64,000 nucleotides of DNA, taken from positions 23,612 through 87,611 of the forward strand of contig CAVTOM010000008.1 of NCBI GenBank assembly GCA_963736365.1, given 5' to 3'. Of the stretch, positions 1-9,726 are shown one piece after another. The position numbers and the translations under genes are program-made. The stretch is from an uncultured bacterium (GTDB taxonomy: Bacteria; Actinomycetota; Actinomycetes; S36-B12). Positions within the stretch are counted from its first letter, which is position 1, and each line of letters opens with the position of its first letter. A model generated the notes under the pieces. That model saw nothing but the letters and a program-made list of their open reading frames with translations. It was not told where the DNA came from and ran no database searches.

Positions 1-470
1 TGCCGGTCGAGCACCTGGTCGCGATGGGCGACGTGGTGCTCCGGCGCCGGCTCGCCACGGTGCACGATCTCGAGGAGATCGTCCACTGGGCCTACCGGCG
101 CCGGGGGGTCCTGGCGGCACGCCGGGCGCTTCCGTGGCTGGACCAGCGATCCGAGTCCCCCGGCGAGTCACTCGCCCGAGCCCATCTCGTCCTGAACCGA
201 GTGCCCCGGCCCCTATGCAACCTGGACGTGTACGACCACGGACGATGGCTGGCCCGCGTGGACATGGCCTGGCCGGACTATCGACTCATCGTCGAGTACG
301 ACGGTGCGGTCCACCTTCAGGAGCAGCAGCGTCGTCGCGATGCACAACGACGCAACCTGCTGCAGGAGGCCGGGTGGATGGTCATCACCTTCACCGCCGA
401 AGACCTGAAGCGACCCTGGCTGATGGCGACCCAGGTGAAGCGAGCCCTCGCCACCCGCTCCCCCCGTTGA
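1..470 (+). CDS. DUF559 / Vsr-like endonuclease domain protein (5' end outside window)
   Basis: Motifs SESPGES, ARVDMAWP, IVEYDG..H, D..RRNLL...GW.VI are typical of actinobacterial DUF559 proteins; frame open to window start. Confidence 0.8.
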   Translation, partial: PVEHLVAMGDVVLRRRLATVHDLEEIVHWAYRRRGVLAARRALPWLDQRSESPGESLARAHLVLNRVPRPLCNLDVYDHGRWLARVDMAWPDYRLIVEYDGAVHLQEQQRRRDAQRRNLLQEAGWMVITFTAEDLKRPWLMATQVKRALATRSPR

Positions 471-528
471 GTGGCGGGTTGTGCACGGCTCGCACCGGCG
501 TGTCGCGCGCACAACCCGCCACTCAACG
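465..528. repeat. REP-like palindrome, copy 1 (20-bp perfect arms, 24-nt loop, GAGGGAGGG tail)
   Basis: CGTTGAGTGGCGGGTTGTGC (465-484) pairs with GCACAACCCGCCACTCAACG (509-528); between convergent genes; related copy at 14447. Confidence 0.9.
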
Positions 529-563
529 AGGGAGGGAGGGAGGGAGGTGGCGGACGGAGGGGG

Positions 564-984
564 CTAGGCCGGTTCGTCGAGGTGCAGCACGCGCGGGTGG
601 CGCGCGTGCTGCGCCAGCAGCGTGACGCCCTCGCGCACTCCGCCGACCAGGTCGTCGGCGACGAAGCACGACTTCATCGACAGCGCCGCGAACTCGCAGG
701 CCCGGTTGTCGAGAGCGGACGGTCACGTTGGTGCCGGTCACGATCTCGATGATGCGTGCGGACGGATCGACGGCCACGAGCACCGCGGAGCCCGCGTCAC
801 GAAGCGTCGCATGCTGCGCGACGGCCGAGTCGCGGCCGTCCGGCAGCGGGCCGATGAACACGGCGAAGCCGAAGCCGCAGATCGTGCGAGCCCGCTCGAC
901 CAGCCGGGTGAGATCAGCGCGCTGACCGTCGGACAGCGGGCTCACGCGCGCGCCGCCGATCGCGTAGGGATCACCAACGGGCAC
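564..984 (-). CDS. ctaI: DUF5130 family protein (CtaI-like, cytochrome bcc-aa3 supercomplex accessory); frameshift near 712
   Basis: FAVFIG..., AVLVAVDPSARIIEIVTG, then in next frame CEFAALSMKSCFVADDLVGG; coupled to CtaJ-like gene. Confidence 0.7.
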
Positions 985-1210
985 TGACGCCACCTCCTGC
1001 GACGGGGGCCGACGGTCCGGCGAGCTCGCTGGGCAGGCGCCCCGGATCGGGCAGCGCCGGCGAGCTCGAGACCATGAACGGGCCGTCGTCGTAGTCCGCA
1101 CTGGCCCGTCCCGACCGCGTCCACGACGCGGCGTAGACCATGACCGCGACCACGACCGCGAAGGCGACGGGGATCCCGATGAAGATGGCGAGGGCCTCGA
1201 CTGGGTTCAC
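971..1210 (-). CDS. ctaJ: Small membrane protein, CtaJ-like
   Basis: 79 aa, N-terminal TM (FIGIP), C-terminal GGGVSARW, directly upstream of DUF5130 gene. Confidence 0.65.
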   Translation of the reverse strand: MNPVEALAIFIGIPVAFAVVVAVMVYAASWTRSGRASADYDDGPFMVSSSPALPDPGRLPSELAGPSAPVAGGGVSARW

Positions 1211-1219
1211 GACGCCACC

Positions 1220-3370
1220 CTAACGGACCGTCGCGACCAGCCGATCGAGGAGTGCGGACCCCCGCATGAGCTGCTCCAGGCTCACCGGACGGCCCTCGCC
1301 GTCGGTCAGCGGCACCCGCCAGTTGGGGTACTCCTGGTCGGTACCGGGCTGGTTCTGCGCACGCCGGTCGCCCACGACGTCCGGCAGGGCGATGCCCACC
1401 AGCCGCGCCGGCGAGCAGGCCACGGCCCGGTGCAGGGCCACCGCGAACTCCTCGAGGCCCTCGTCCGTGCCGAGGTCGACGTCGGGCGCGAGCCAGCCGT
1501 GGCGGCTCAGGACCTCGGCCCACGCGTGTCGCTCGCTGTCAGCGTGGGCACGCTCGACCTCCTCGGGGGTCGTCAGCAGCCCGAGCTCGGCGCGGATGCG
1601 GACATGCTCGTCGCGCAGGTACCCGGCCGTCGGCGGCAGGTCGTGGACCGTGACGCTGGCCAGCACGTCACGACGCCAGTCGTACGGGTCCTTGATGGTG
1701 CCGTCGGCCGTCTCGAACCACAGGATGCTCGTGCCGAGGATCCCCCGCTCGGCGAGCACCTCCTGCACCCAGGGCTCGACGGTGCCGAGGTCCTCGCCGA
1801 CCACCAGTGCGCCGGCGCGGTGCGCCTCCAGCATGAGGATGCTCAGCATCGCGTCGTAGTCGAAGCGGACGAAGGTGCCGGCGTAGGCCGGGAAGCCCTC
1901 CGGCACCCACCACAGCCGGAAGAGACCGAGGACGTGATCGATGCGCAGGCCGCCGGCGTGCGCCAGCACGGTGCGCAGCATGTCGCGGTAGGGCACGAAC
2001 GCCGCCTCAGCGAGGGCGTCGGGCCGCCACGGCGGCTGGGACCAGTTCTGGCCCAGCTGGTTGTACATGTCCGGCGGCGCGCCGACCCCGACCCCGGGGG
2101 CGAGAACGTCCTGCAGCGCCCACGCGTCCGACCCCTCGGGGTGCACGCCGACCGCGAGGTCGTGCATCACGCCGATCGCCATGCCGGCGTCACGGGCCGC
2201 CCCCTGCGTGACGGCCATCTGCTGGTCGACGAGCCACTGCAGCCACATGTGGAAGTCGACGAGCGACGCGTGCTCGGTGCGGAAGGCCGCCACCGCAGGG
2301 TTGGCCGGATGCCCCAGGTCGGCCGGCCAGTCGCCTGGCACGCCGCCGTGGACGTCGCAGATCGCGCACCAGGTGGCGAAGTCGCGCAGCCCCTCGCCCT
2401 GATCGAGGCGGAAGGCGGCGTACTCGGCCTCGCGGGCCTCGTCCAGGCCGAGCTGATGCACGGTCTCGAGCGCCGTGCGCTTGGCCGCCCACACCGCGTC
2501 GCGGTCGAGCAGGTCATCGGTGTCGTTGAGCCGGTGCAGCTGCTCGGCGAGCTGGGCGATGCGTCCGGCGACCGCCGGTGACAGCCGGGCGAACTCGGGG
2601 ATGTCCTCCACGTGCAGGTACATGGGGTTGGCGAACCGGCGGGTCACCGGCAGGTAGGGAGACGGGGACATCGGCGGCACCGGCGAGGCGGCATGCAGCG
2701 GGTTGATGAGGACGAATCCGGCCCCCAGCTCGCGCCCGCTCCACACGGCCAGAGTGGCAAGGTCGTGCAGGTCACCCATGCCCCAGGACTGCTCCGATCG
2801 CATGGCGTACACCTGCGTCATCAGGCCCCACTGGCGGTCGCCGGCGATGGCCTCGGGCGCCAGTCGTCGGGGTGCGACGACCGCAGGGGCACTGGCCTCG
2901 AGGCCGTCCGCCTCGGCGTGGACGACATGCCATCCCAGCGGGAGGTCGCCGGGCATGCGGAAGCTCGCCTCGCCGACGCGCCGACCGTCGACCTCGACCG
3001 GGTCGACCCAGAAGTCCAGCTGCTGGAGCTCGACGTGGGCGCCCTCATCGGTCACGAGCCAGGCCCGGCAGGGGCTGCCGTCGGTCACGTGCACCCACAG
3101 CCGCCGGTCCTCGCCCTGGCGCATGACGAACACGGGGGGCAGCATGCGCCGCCAGTCGCGCAGGCGCTTCTCCTCGAGGGCGGCGGCGATGGCCTCGCCG
3201 CTGGAGACGTCGAGGCCCAGGGCCCGCAGCGCGGCCGCGACCGTCGCCGACCCGACCTGCACGAGCGTGCCCGCTTGGTCCCAGTACTCGGTCGCGACCC
3301 CGTAGGCGGTTGCGAGTCGGCCCAAGTCGTCCGGCACCGGTGTCCACTCGGGTGCTTCGGGGACGCTCAC
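1220..3370 (-). CDS. malQ: 4-alpha-glucanotransferase (amylomaltase, GH77)
   Basis: WGMGDLHDL, SPYLP, DLAVG, GAPPD..N..GQNW, LRIDHVLG, GEDLG, TVHDLP, YPNWR. Confidence 0.95.
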   Translation of the reverse strand: MSVPEAPEWTPVPDDLGRLATAYGVATEYWDQAGTLVQVGSATVAAALRALGLDVSSGEAIAAALEEKRLRDWRRMLPPVFVMRQGEDRRLWVHVTDGSPCRAWLVTDEGAHVELQQLDFWVDPVEVDGRRVGEASFRMPGDLPLGWHVVHAEADGLEASAPAVVAPRRLAPEAIAGDRQWGLMTQVYAMRSEQSWGMGDLHDLATLAVWSGRELGAGFVLINPLHAASPVPPMSPSPYLPVTRRFANPMYLHVEDIPEFARLSPAVAGRIAQLAEQLHRLNDTDDLLDRDAVWAAKRTALETVHQLGLDEAREAEYAAFRLDQGEGLRDFATWCAICDVHGGVPGDWPADLGHPANPAVAAFRTEHASLVDFHMWLQWLVDQQMAVTQGAARDAGMAIGVMHDLAVGVHPEGSDAWALQDVLAPGVGVGAPPDMYNQLGQNWSQPPWRPDALAEAAFVPYRDMLRTVLAHAGGLRIDHVLGLFRLWWVPEGFPAYAGTFVRFDYDAMLSILMLEAHRAGALVVGEDLGTVEPWVQEVLAERGILGTSILWFETADGTIKDPYDWRRDVLASVTVHDLPPTAGYLRDEHVRIRAELGLLTTPEEVERAHADSERHAWAEVLSRHGWLAPDVDLGTDEGLEEFAVALHRAVACSPARLVGIALPDVVGDRRAQNQPGTDQEYPNWRVPLTDGEGRPVSLEQLMRGSALLDRLVATVR

Positions 3371-4746
3371 CAGACCTCCGGATGCCGGTGGGCCCAGGGG
3401 CGCGCCCGCTCGAGCTGCGCTGCCAGGCCCAGAACTGTCGATTCGTGCTCCGGACGCCCGACCAGCTGCACCCCCACGGGGAGGCCGCTCGGTGTCCAGT
3501 GCAATGGCAGACTAACGGCCGGCTGCCCTGTCATGTTGTACGGAGAGGTGTAGGGCGTGAACCGCTTCTGCGCCTCGAAGTCGGCCGCCGGGTCGTCGTC
3601 GTCGCGAATCGCCCCTACGTGCGCCGGGACGTCGGCGAGTGTCGGCGTCACGATGGCATCCAGGTGCGCCGTGGAGGCCAGGGCGAGCCCGGCGTGGTGG
3701 GCCATGAGGTCCAGCGCCGCCTGCAGCTCCCCGGGCTCGAGCGCACGGCCACGCTCGCGCAGCCATCGCGTGAGCGGTCGCAGGTCGGCCTCCCGTTCCG
3801 GCGGGATCGGGATGCCGGCGGCACCGGCGGCCCACACCGACTCGAAGTGCGGCACCGCCTCCAGGGGCACCGGCACCTCGATGTCGACGAGCCGGTGGCC
3901 GAGCGCCTCCAGCAGGGTGCAGGCGTCCTCGAACGCCTCACGCGCCTGGGGATGGACGTCGGTCTCGGCGATCACCGGCCGGTGGTAGCGGCCGATGAGC
4001 AGGGGACCGGGCTCTGCAAGCGCCGCGAGGTACGCGCCGTCGACCCCGGCCATGACTCCCAGCAGGGCCGCCGCGTCGGCGACGGTCCGGGCGAGGACGC
4101 CCTGGACACCCAGGCGTCCGAGGCCGTCCGGCATCGGGCCGTTGGAGATGAGCCCCCGCGACGGCTTGATCCCGACGAGGCCGCAGACGCTCGCGGGGAT
4201 CCGGATCGAGCCGCCGCCGTCGGATCCCTGCGCAACCGGGGCCAGCCCTGCCGCGACGGCAGCAGCCGCTCCCCCGCTCGAGCCTCCCGCCCCGCGGCCG
4301 AGGTCCCACGGTGTGCGGGCGTACGGCCCCACCGCACTCTCGGTGTAGGCAGGCAGGCCGAACTCGGGTGTCGAGGTCTTGCCGGTCATGACCGTGTTGC
4401 CGCGGCGCAGCTCCACGACGACGTCGTCGTCGACCTCCGACACGATGTCGACGGCCGCAGAACCGAAGCGCGTGCGCACACCGCGCACCTGATTCAGGTC
4501 CTTCACCGGCACGACCACGCCGTGCAGGACGGGCAGGGCGTCGCGGTCCGGAGCCTGCGCCACCATGCGGTCGGCCTCTGCCGCCTGGGCGAGGGCCCGA
4601 TCGTCCGTGAGCGTCACGAAGGCACCGACCACCGCGTTCAGGGCGTGCGACCGGGCCAGGTAGTGCTGCGTGAGCTCCACCGAGGAGATCTCCCCCGCCT
4701 TGATGGCGCGGGCCTGCTCGAGGGCCGTCAGGTCATGCAGCTGCAC
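3367..4746 (-). CDS. Amidase signature family protein
   Basis: VKDL, GKTSTPEFG, GGSSGGAAAAVA, GSDGGGSIRIPAS. Confidence 0.92.
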   Translation of the reverse strand: MQLHDLTALEQARAIKAGEISSVELTQHYLARSHALNAVVGAFVTLTDDRALAQAAEADRMVAQAPDRDALPVLHGVVVPVKDLNQVRGVRTRFGSAAVDIVSEVDDDVVVELRRGNTVMTGKTSTPEFGLPAYTESAVGPYARTPWDLGRGAGGSSGGAAAAVAAGLAPVAQGSDGGGSIRIPASVCGLVGIKPSRGLISNGPMPDGLGRLGVQGVLARTVADAAALLGVMAGVDGAYLAALAEPGPLLIGRYHRPVIAETDVHPQAREAFEDACTLLEALGHRLVDIEVPVPLEAVPHFESVWAAGAAGIPIPPEREADLRPLTRWLRERGRALEPGELQAALDLMAHHAGLALASTAHLDAIVTPTLADVPAHVGAIRDDDDPAADFEAQKRFTPYTSPYNMTGQPAVSLPLHWTPSGLPVGVQLVGRPEHESTVLGLAAQLERARPWAHRHPEVW

Positions 4747-4752
4747 CCTCGA

Positions 4753-4762
4753 AGCCTATGGT
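4753..4762. promoter_or_regulatory. Overlapping divergent -10 elements serving two probably leaderless genes
   Basis: TAGGCT on minus strand (4753-4758) 6 nt before GTG 4746; TATGGT on plus strand (4757-4762) 7 nt before GTG 4770. Confidence 0.6.
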
Positions 4763-4769
4763 TGCGGCT

Positions 4770-6851
4770 GTGACATCCGTCCCCGCATACCCAGACGCGC
4801 CCCGCCTCGACCTCGTCGACGACTTCCACGGCACGGCCGTTCCCGACCCCTACCGCTGGCTCGAGGACGCCGACGACCCGCGCACCGGCGAGTGGCTCGC
4901 CGGACAGTCGGCCCTGACCGCCGCCGCCCGCGAGGGCTGGACGACCCGTGACCGGTTCGCCGAGCGCATCGAGGCCCTCCTGGGCTCGGGCACGATCTCG
5001 CCGCCCTACTGGCGCGGGGATCGGCACTTCCTCGTCCGTCGCGAGCCCGGACAGCAGTTCTCGGTGCTCTACGTCGTCGACGCCGACGGCACCGAGCGCG
5101 CGCTGATCGACCCGATGGCCATCGACCCCTCCGGCGTCACCACGCTCGACAGCTGGCAGCCCTCCAAGGAGGGCGACCGCCTCGCCTACCAGCTGTCCGT
5201 GGGCGGCAACGAGGAGTCGCTCCTGTACGTCATGGACGTCGACACCGGGGAGAACGTCGAGGGCCCCATCGAGCGCTGCCGCTACTCGCCCGTGGCCTGG
5301 CTGCTGGGAGGGGGTGCGTTCTACTACGTGCGCCGCATCGCTCCGGAGCTGCTGCCGGAGTCGGAGCAGAACTTCCACCGCCGCGTCTACCTGCACCGGG
5401 TCGGCACCTCCCCCGACGCCGACGTCCTGGTGTTCGGCGCCGGGATGACGATGACCAACTACTACGGCGTCGAGGTCAGCCGCGACGGCCGGTGGCTGCA
5501 GGTGTCCGCCAGCGAGGGCACCGAGCCGCGCAACGACCTGTGGATCGCCGACCTGACGTCCAGTCCGCGGGAGTCGCCGGCGTTCACCCTCGTCCAGGGC
5601 GATGTCGACGCGCAGACCGGCCTGACGTTCCTGCGCGACGGCCGCGTCCTCGTCAGCACGGATCTCGACGCCCCTCGCGGCCGAGTCGCCGTCACGCGCC
5701 CGGGGGCCTGGGGCCAGGCGACGTGGACCGATCTCGTGCCGGAGGACCCGTCGGCCGTGCTCGAGTCGGTGACGGTGCTCGACGGCCCCGACGTCGACGA
5801 CGACCTGCTGGTCGTCGTGCGCACGAGCCACGGCGTGGCCCGCATGACGCTGCACCGCGCGGACGACGGCACCCTCATCCGGGAGCTCGATCTCCCGGGT
5901 GCGGGCACGATCGGCGGCCCGGTCGAGCACATCGACGGCGGCCCGATCACGTGGTTCGTCTTCACCGACCACACCACGGTCCCGACGGTGTACGCCTTCG
6001 ACGCCCGGTCCGGCGAGATCACCCTGCAGGCCCGCCCGCCGGGCACCGTCGAGGTGCCGTCGGTCCACTCGCGCCAGGTCACCTACACCTCGGCAGACGG
6101 CACCGAGGTGCGCATGTTCGTGGTCTCGCCGACCGGCGAGCCCGACGTCCCGCGGCCCACCGTGCTCTACGGCTACGGCGGCTTCGGCGTCCCCCTGACG
6201 CCGGGGTACTCGGCCGCGATCCTCTCCTGGGTCGAGGCCGGGGGCGTGTGGGCCATCGCCAACCTCCGCGGCGGCAGCGAGGAGGGCGAGGACTGGCACC
6301 GCGCCGGCATGCTCGACCGCAAGCAGAACGTGTACGACGACTTCCACGCCGCGGCCGAGTGGCTGGCGGATCAGGGCTGGACGACGCCGGCGCAGCTCGG
6401 CGTCTACGGCGGGTCCAACGGCGGACTGCTCGTCGGCGCCGCCATGACCCAGCGGCCCGAGCTGTTCAACGCCGTGGTGTGCGTGGCCCCGCTGCTCGAC
6501 ATGATCCGCTACACGACGTCCGAGCTCGGCCCGACGTGGACCGTGGAGTACGGCGACCCGGAGGACCCTGAGCAGTTCTCCTGGCTCTACGCGTACTCCC
6601 CCTACCACCGCGTCGTGGAGGGCACCGACTATCCCGCGACGATGTTCGCCGTCTTCGACAACGACACCCGGACCGACCCCATGCACGGGCGCAAGATGTG
6701 CGCCGCCGTGCAGCATGCGACGTCCGGGACGCGGCCCGTCCTGCTGCGCACCGAGGGCGACGTGGGTCACGGAGCCCGCTCGCTCGCCAAGTCCGTCGAG
6801 GAGTCCGCCGACACCCTGGCGTTCCTCGCCGCGTGGACGGGGCTGTCGTGA
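4770..6851 (+). CDS. Prolyl oligopeptidase (S9A)
   Basis: DPYRWLED, YGYGGF, NLRGG.E.G..WH, GGSNGG nucleophile, DTRT, GHG; start placed at GTG 4770 from -10 spacing (alternative 4758). Confidence 0.93.
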   Translation: MTSVPAYPDAPRLDLVDDFHGTAVPDPYRWLEDADDPRTGEWLAGQSALTAAAREGWTTRDRFAERIEALLGSGTISPPYWRGDRHFLVRREPGQQFSVLYVVDADGTERALIDPMAIDPSGVTTLDSWQPSKEGDRLAYQLSVGGNEESLLYVMDVDTGENVEGPIERCRYSPVAWLLGGGAFYYVRRIAPELLPESEQNFHRRVYLHRVGTSPDADVLVFGAGMTMTNYYGVEVSRDGRWLQVSASEGTEPRNDLWIADLTSSPRESPAFTLVQGDVDAQTGLTFLRDGRVLVSTDLDAPRGRVAVTRPGAWGQATWTDLVPEDPSAVLESVTVLDGPDVDDDLLVVVRTSHGVARMTLHRADDGTLIRELDLPGAGTIGGPVEHIDGGPITWFVFTDHTTVPTVYAFDARSGEITLQARPPGTVEVPSVHSRQVTYTSADGTEVRMFVVSPTGEPDVPRPTVLYGYGGFGVPLTPGYSAAILSWVEAGGVWAIANLRGGSEEGEDWHRAGMLDRKQNVYDDFHAAAEWLADQGWTTPAQLGVYGGSNGGLLVGAAMTQRPELFNAVVCVAPLLDMIRYTTSELGPTWTVEYGDPEDPEQFSWLYAYSPYHRVVEGTDYPATMFAVFDNDTRTDPMHGRKMCAAVQHATSGTRPVLLRTEGDVGHGARSLAKSVEESADTLAFLAAWTGLS

Positions 6852-7801
6852 TCACGGTCGTGACGGCCGCCAAGGACACGCCGTTCTGGGAGGCCGCGCG
6901 GGACTGGCTGCTCGGCGTCCCGCTGCAGATCCTGCTCATCCTCGTCGGCGCCGTGGTCGCGCAGGTGGTCCTGTCGTGGGCGATCCGACGCGTCGTGCGG
7001 CGCGCGTCCGAGCGGGCCAAGCACGAGCGGCTGGCGCAGATGCGCAAGGTCACGCGCACCGCCGAGCTGTCCGACCTGCTCCTCAACCAGCGCACCGAGC
7101 AGCGCGCCAACGCGATCGGCACCCTGCTGCGCAGCATCGTGGCGATCACTGTCTGGTCGGTGGCCGTGCTGATGATCCTGCCCCTGCTGGGCATCGACAT
7201 CGCCCCGCTGCTCGCCAGTGCCGGCGTCATCGGCGTGGCCCTCGGCTTCGGCGCGCAGACCCTCGTCAAGGACTACCTCTCGGGCATCTTCATGATCGTC
7301 GAGGACCAGTACGGCGTCGGCGACATGGTCGACGTCGGACCGGTCTTCGGCACCGTCGAGGAGGTCGCGCTGCGCTTCACCCGGCTGCGCGACCAGTCCG
7401 GCGTCGTCTGGTACGTGCGCAACGGCGAGATCCTGCGCGTGGCCAACCGGTCGCAGGGATGGACGATGGCGATCGTCGACATCCCGATCGCGTACAACGA
7501 GGACATCGACCGCGTGCGCGAGATCGTCGACAGGGTCGCCATCGACATGGACGAGGACCCGTCCTACGACGACCTCCTCCTGGGCAAGCCATCGTTCGCC
7601 GGCGTCGAGTCCGTCTCCGGCGAGGCGGTGATCATCCGCATCACCGCCAAGGCCGCCCCGGAGAAGCAGCTCGACGTCGCCCGCACCATCCGTGAGCGCA
7701 TGAAGCTGGCCTTCGACCGGGCCGGCATCGTCGTCCCCGTGGTCGTTCGCGGCCTGCCCAACGTGCCGGGGGCCCAGACTCCCCCCAAGATGGGACCGTG
7801 A
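6848..7801 (+). CDS. MscS family mechanosensitive channel
   Basis: LLASAGVIGVALGFGAQTLVKDYLSG, EDQYGVGD, GTVEEV.LR.T, NGEI..VAN. Confidence 0.9.
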   Translation: MITVVTAAKDTPFWEAARDWLLGVPLQILLILVGAVVAQVVLSWAIRRVVRRASERAKHERLAQMRKVTRTAELSDLLLNQRTEQRANAIGTLLRSIVAITVWSVAVLMILPLLGIDIAPLLASAGVIGVALGFGAQTLVKDYLSGIFMIVEDQYGVGDMVDVGPVFGTVEEVALRFTRLRDQSGVVWYVRNGEILRVANRSQGWTMAIVDIPIAYNEDIDRVREIVDRVAIDMDEDPSYDDLLLGKPSFAGVESVSGEAVIIRITAKAAPEKQLDVARTIRERMKLAFDRAGIVVPVVVRGLPNVPGAQTPPKMGP

Positions 7802-9295
7802 CGCCGACCTCCTGCCTCGTCACCGGGGCCACCGGATACGTCGGCGGTCGGCTCGTGCCGCAGCTGCTCGACCAGGGTCACCGGGTCACCGTCCTCGCTC
7901 GGCACCCGGAGAAGCTCCGGGACGTCGCCGTGGCTCGACCGCGTCACGGTGGTCGCCGGCGACGCCGGGGATCCCGAGGCCGTCGCCGCGGCCATGAGCG
8001 GCGTCGACGTCGCCTACTACCTGCTGCACTCGATCCAGGAGGGCTCAGGCCTGGAGGAGTCCGAGCGACGGATCGCGTCGGTGTTCGCGGCTGCGGCCCG
8101 GACCAGCGCGCTGCGGCGCATCGTCTACCTGGGCGGGCTGGCACCGCGCATGCCGGCGTCGGAGATGTCCCCGCACATGCGCTCCCGCGTGGAGGTCGGC
8201 GACGCCCTCCGGTCGTCCGGCGTGCCGACCCTGGAGTTCCGGGCCGCGGTGATCATCGGGTCGGGATCGGCCAGCTTCGAGATGCTGCGCTACCTGACCG
8301 AGCGCCTCCCCGTGATGATCACGCCGCGCTGGGTTCGGCAGCGCACCCAGCCCATCGCCATCCGCGACGTGCTGCGGTACCTGTCTGCCGCAGCCGATCT
8401 CGACACCGATGCCGACCTCACGCTCGACATCGGCGGACCCGAGGTGCTGACGTACCAGGAGATGATGACGCGGTACGCGGCAGTGGCCGGCCTCCGTCCG
8501 CGCGTCATCCTCCCCATCAACCTGCTCACCCCCAACCTGTCGAGCCACTGGGTGAACGTGGTGACCCCGGTCCCCCGAGCCATCGCCCGGCCGCTCGTGC
8601 AGTCGCTGCGCCACCCCTCCGTGTGCGCGGACCACGCGGTCGCGACGTGGATTCCCGATCCTCCCGGCGGGCTGCTCGCCTTCGACGACGCCGTCCGGCT
8701 GGCCCTCACCCGCATCCAGGATGCCGAGGTCACGACGCGCTGGAGCGGGGCCTCGGTGCCGGGCGCACCGAGCGACCCGCTGCCCGGCGACCCGACGTGG
8801 GCCGGCGGCTCGATGTTCGAGGACGTGCGGGAGGTCCGCTCGTCCGCGTCTCCCCCGTCCGTGTGGGCCGCCGTGGAGCGCATCGGCGGCGAGCACGGCT
8901 ACTACGCGGCCGACCCGCTGTGGCGTGCGCGCGGCCTCATCGACCGGCTCGTCGGCGGCGTGGGCCTGCGCCGCGGTCGCCGCGATCCGAACGTGCTCGC
9001 GGTCGGCGAGGCCGTCGACTTCTGGCGGGTCGAGGAGCGGCTTCCCCCTCGGCTGCTGCGCCTGCGCGCGGAGATGCGGAACCCGGGGCTGGCCTGGCTG
9101 GAGTTCACCATCACCCCGGACGACGCCGGCAGCATCCTGCGCCAGCGGGCGGTGTTCCTGCCGCGCGGACTGGCCGGCCACGCCTACTGGTGGGCGGTCT
9201 CCCCGTTCCACGCCTTCGTCTTCCCGGTCATGGCGCGCGGCATCGTGGAGCAGGCGGAGGGCGCCGAGAAGGGGTCCGCAAGAATGGCCTCGTGA
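7798..9295 (+). CDS. NAD(P)-binding SDR/epimerase with DUF2867 domain (YbjT-like); frameshift near 7930
   Basis: VTGATGYVGG, YYLLHS, GSGSASFEMLRYL, DFWRVE, RLRAEMR..G.AWLEF. Confidence 0.88.
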
Positions 9296-9726
9296 CCGAC
9301 GAGCAGGCGCAGGCCCCCACCCCCTACGAGGACTTCGGCGGCGAGGCGTTCTTCTCCCGCCTCGTCGGCGCCTTCTACGAGCGGGTGGCCCACGACCCGA
9401 TCCTGCGTCCGCTGTACCCGGACGCCGACCTCGAGGCCGCCGAGCGCCGGCTCCGGCTGTTCCTCATGCAGTACTGGGGTGGCCCCCAGACGTACAGCGA
9501 GGAGCGCGGCCACCCCCGACTGCGGATGCGGCACAACGACTTCGTCATCGGCGCCGTCGAGCGCGACCGGTGGCTGGCCCTCATGCACGACGCGATGGTC
9601 GAGCAGGACCTCACACCGGACCAGGAGACGCAGCTCTGGATGTACCTCGTGAGCGCCGCGTTCGCGATGCAGAACGTCCCCGACGACCCGTACGGCACAT
9701 CTCTCCCCACGGAGGCCCGATCATGA
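9292..9726 (+). CDS. glbO: Group II truncated hemoglobin
   Basis: FYERVAHDPILRPLYP, FLMQYWGGPQTYSEERGHPRLRMRH. Confidence 0.92.
   Translation: MTDEQAQAPTPYEDFGGEAFFSRLVGAFYERVAHDPILRPLYPDADLEAAERRLRLFLMQYWGGPQTYSEERGHPRLRMRHNDFVIGAVERDRWLALMHDAMVEQDLTPDQETQLWMYLVSAAFAMQNVPDDPYGTSLPTEARS

Noticed and set aside
4728-6770. Long antisense and alternate-frame ORFs (this one and many like it, e.g. 15586-17301, 43604-46540)
   Set aside because: Expected shadows of high-GC codon bias opposite well-supported genes; no recognisable motifs
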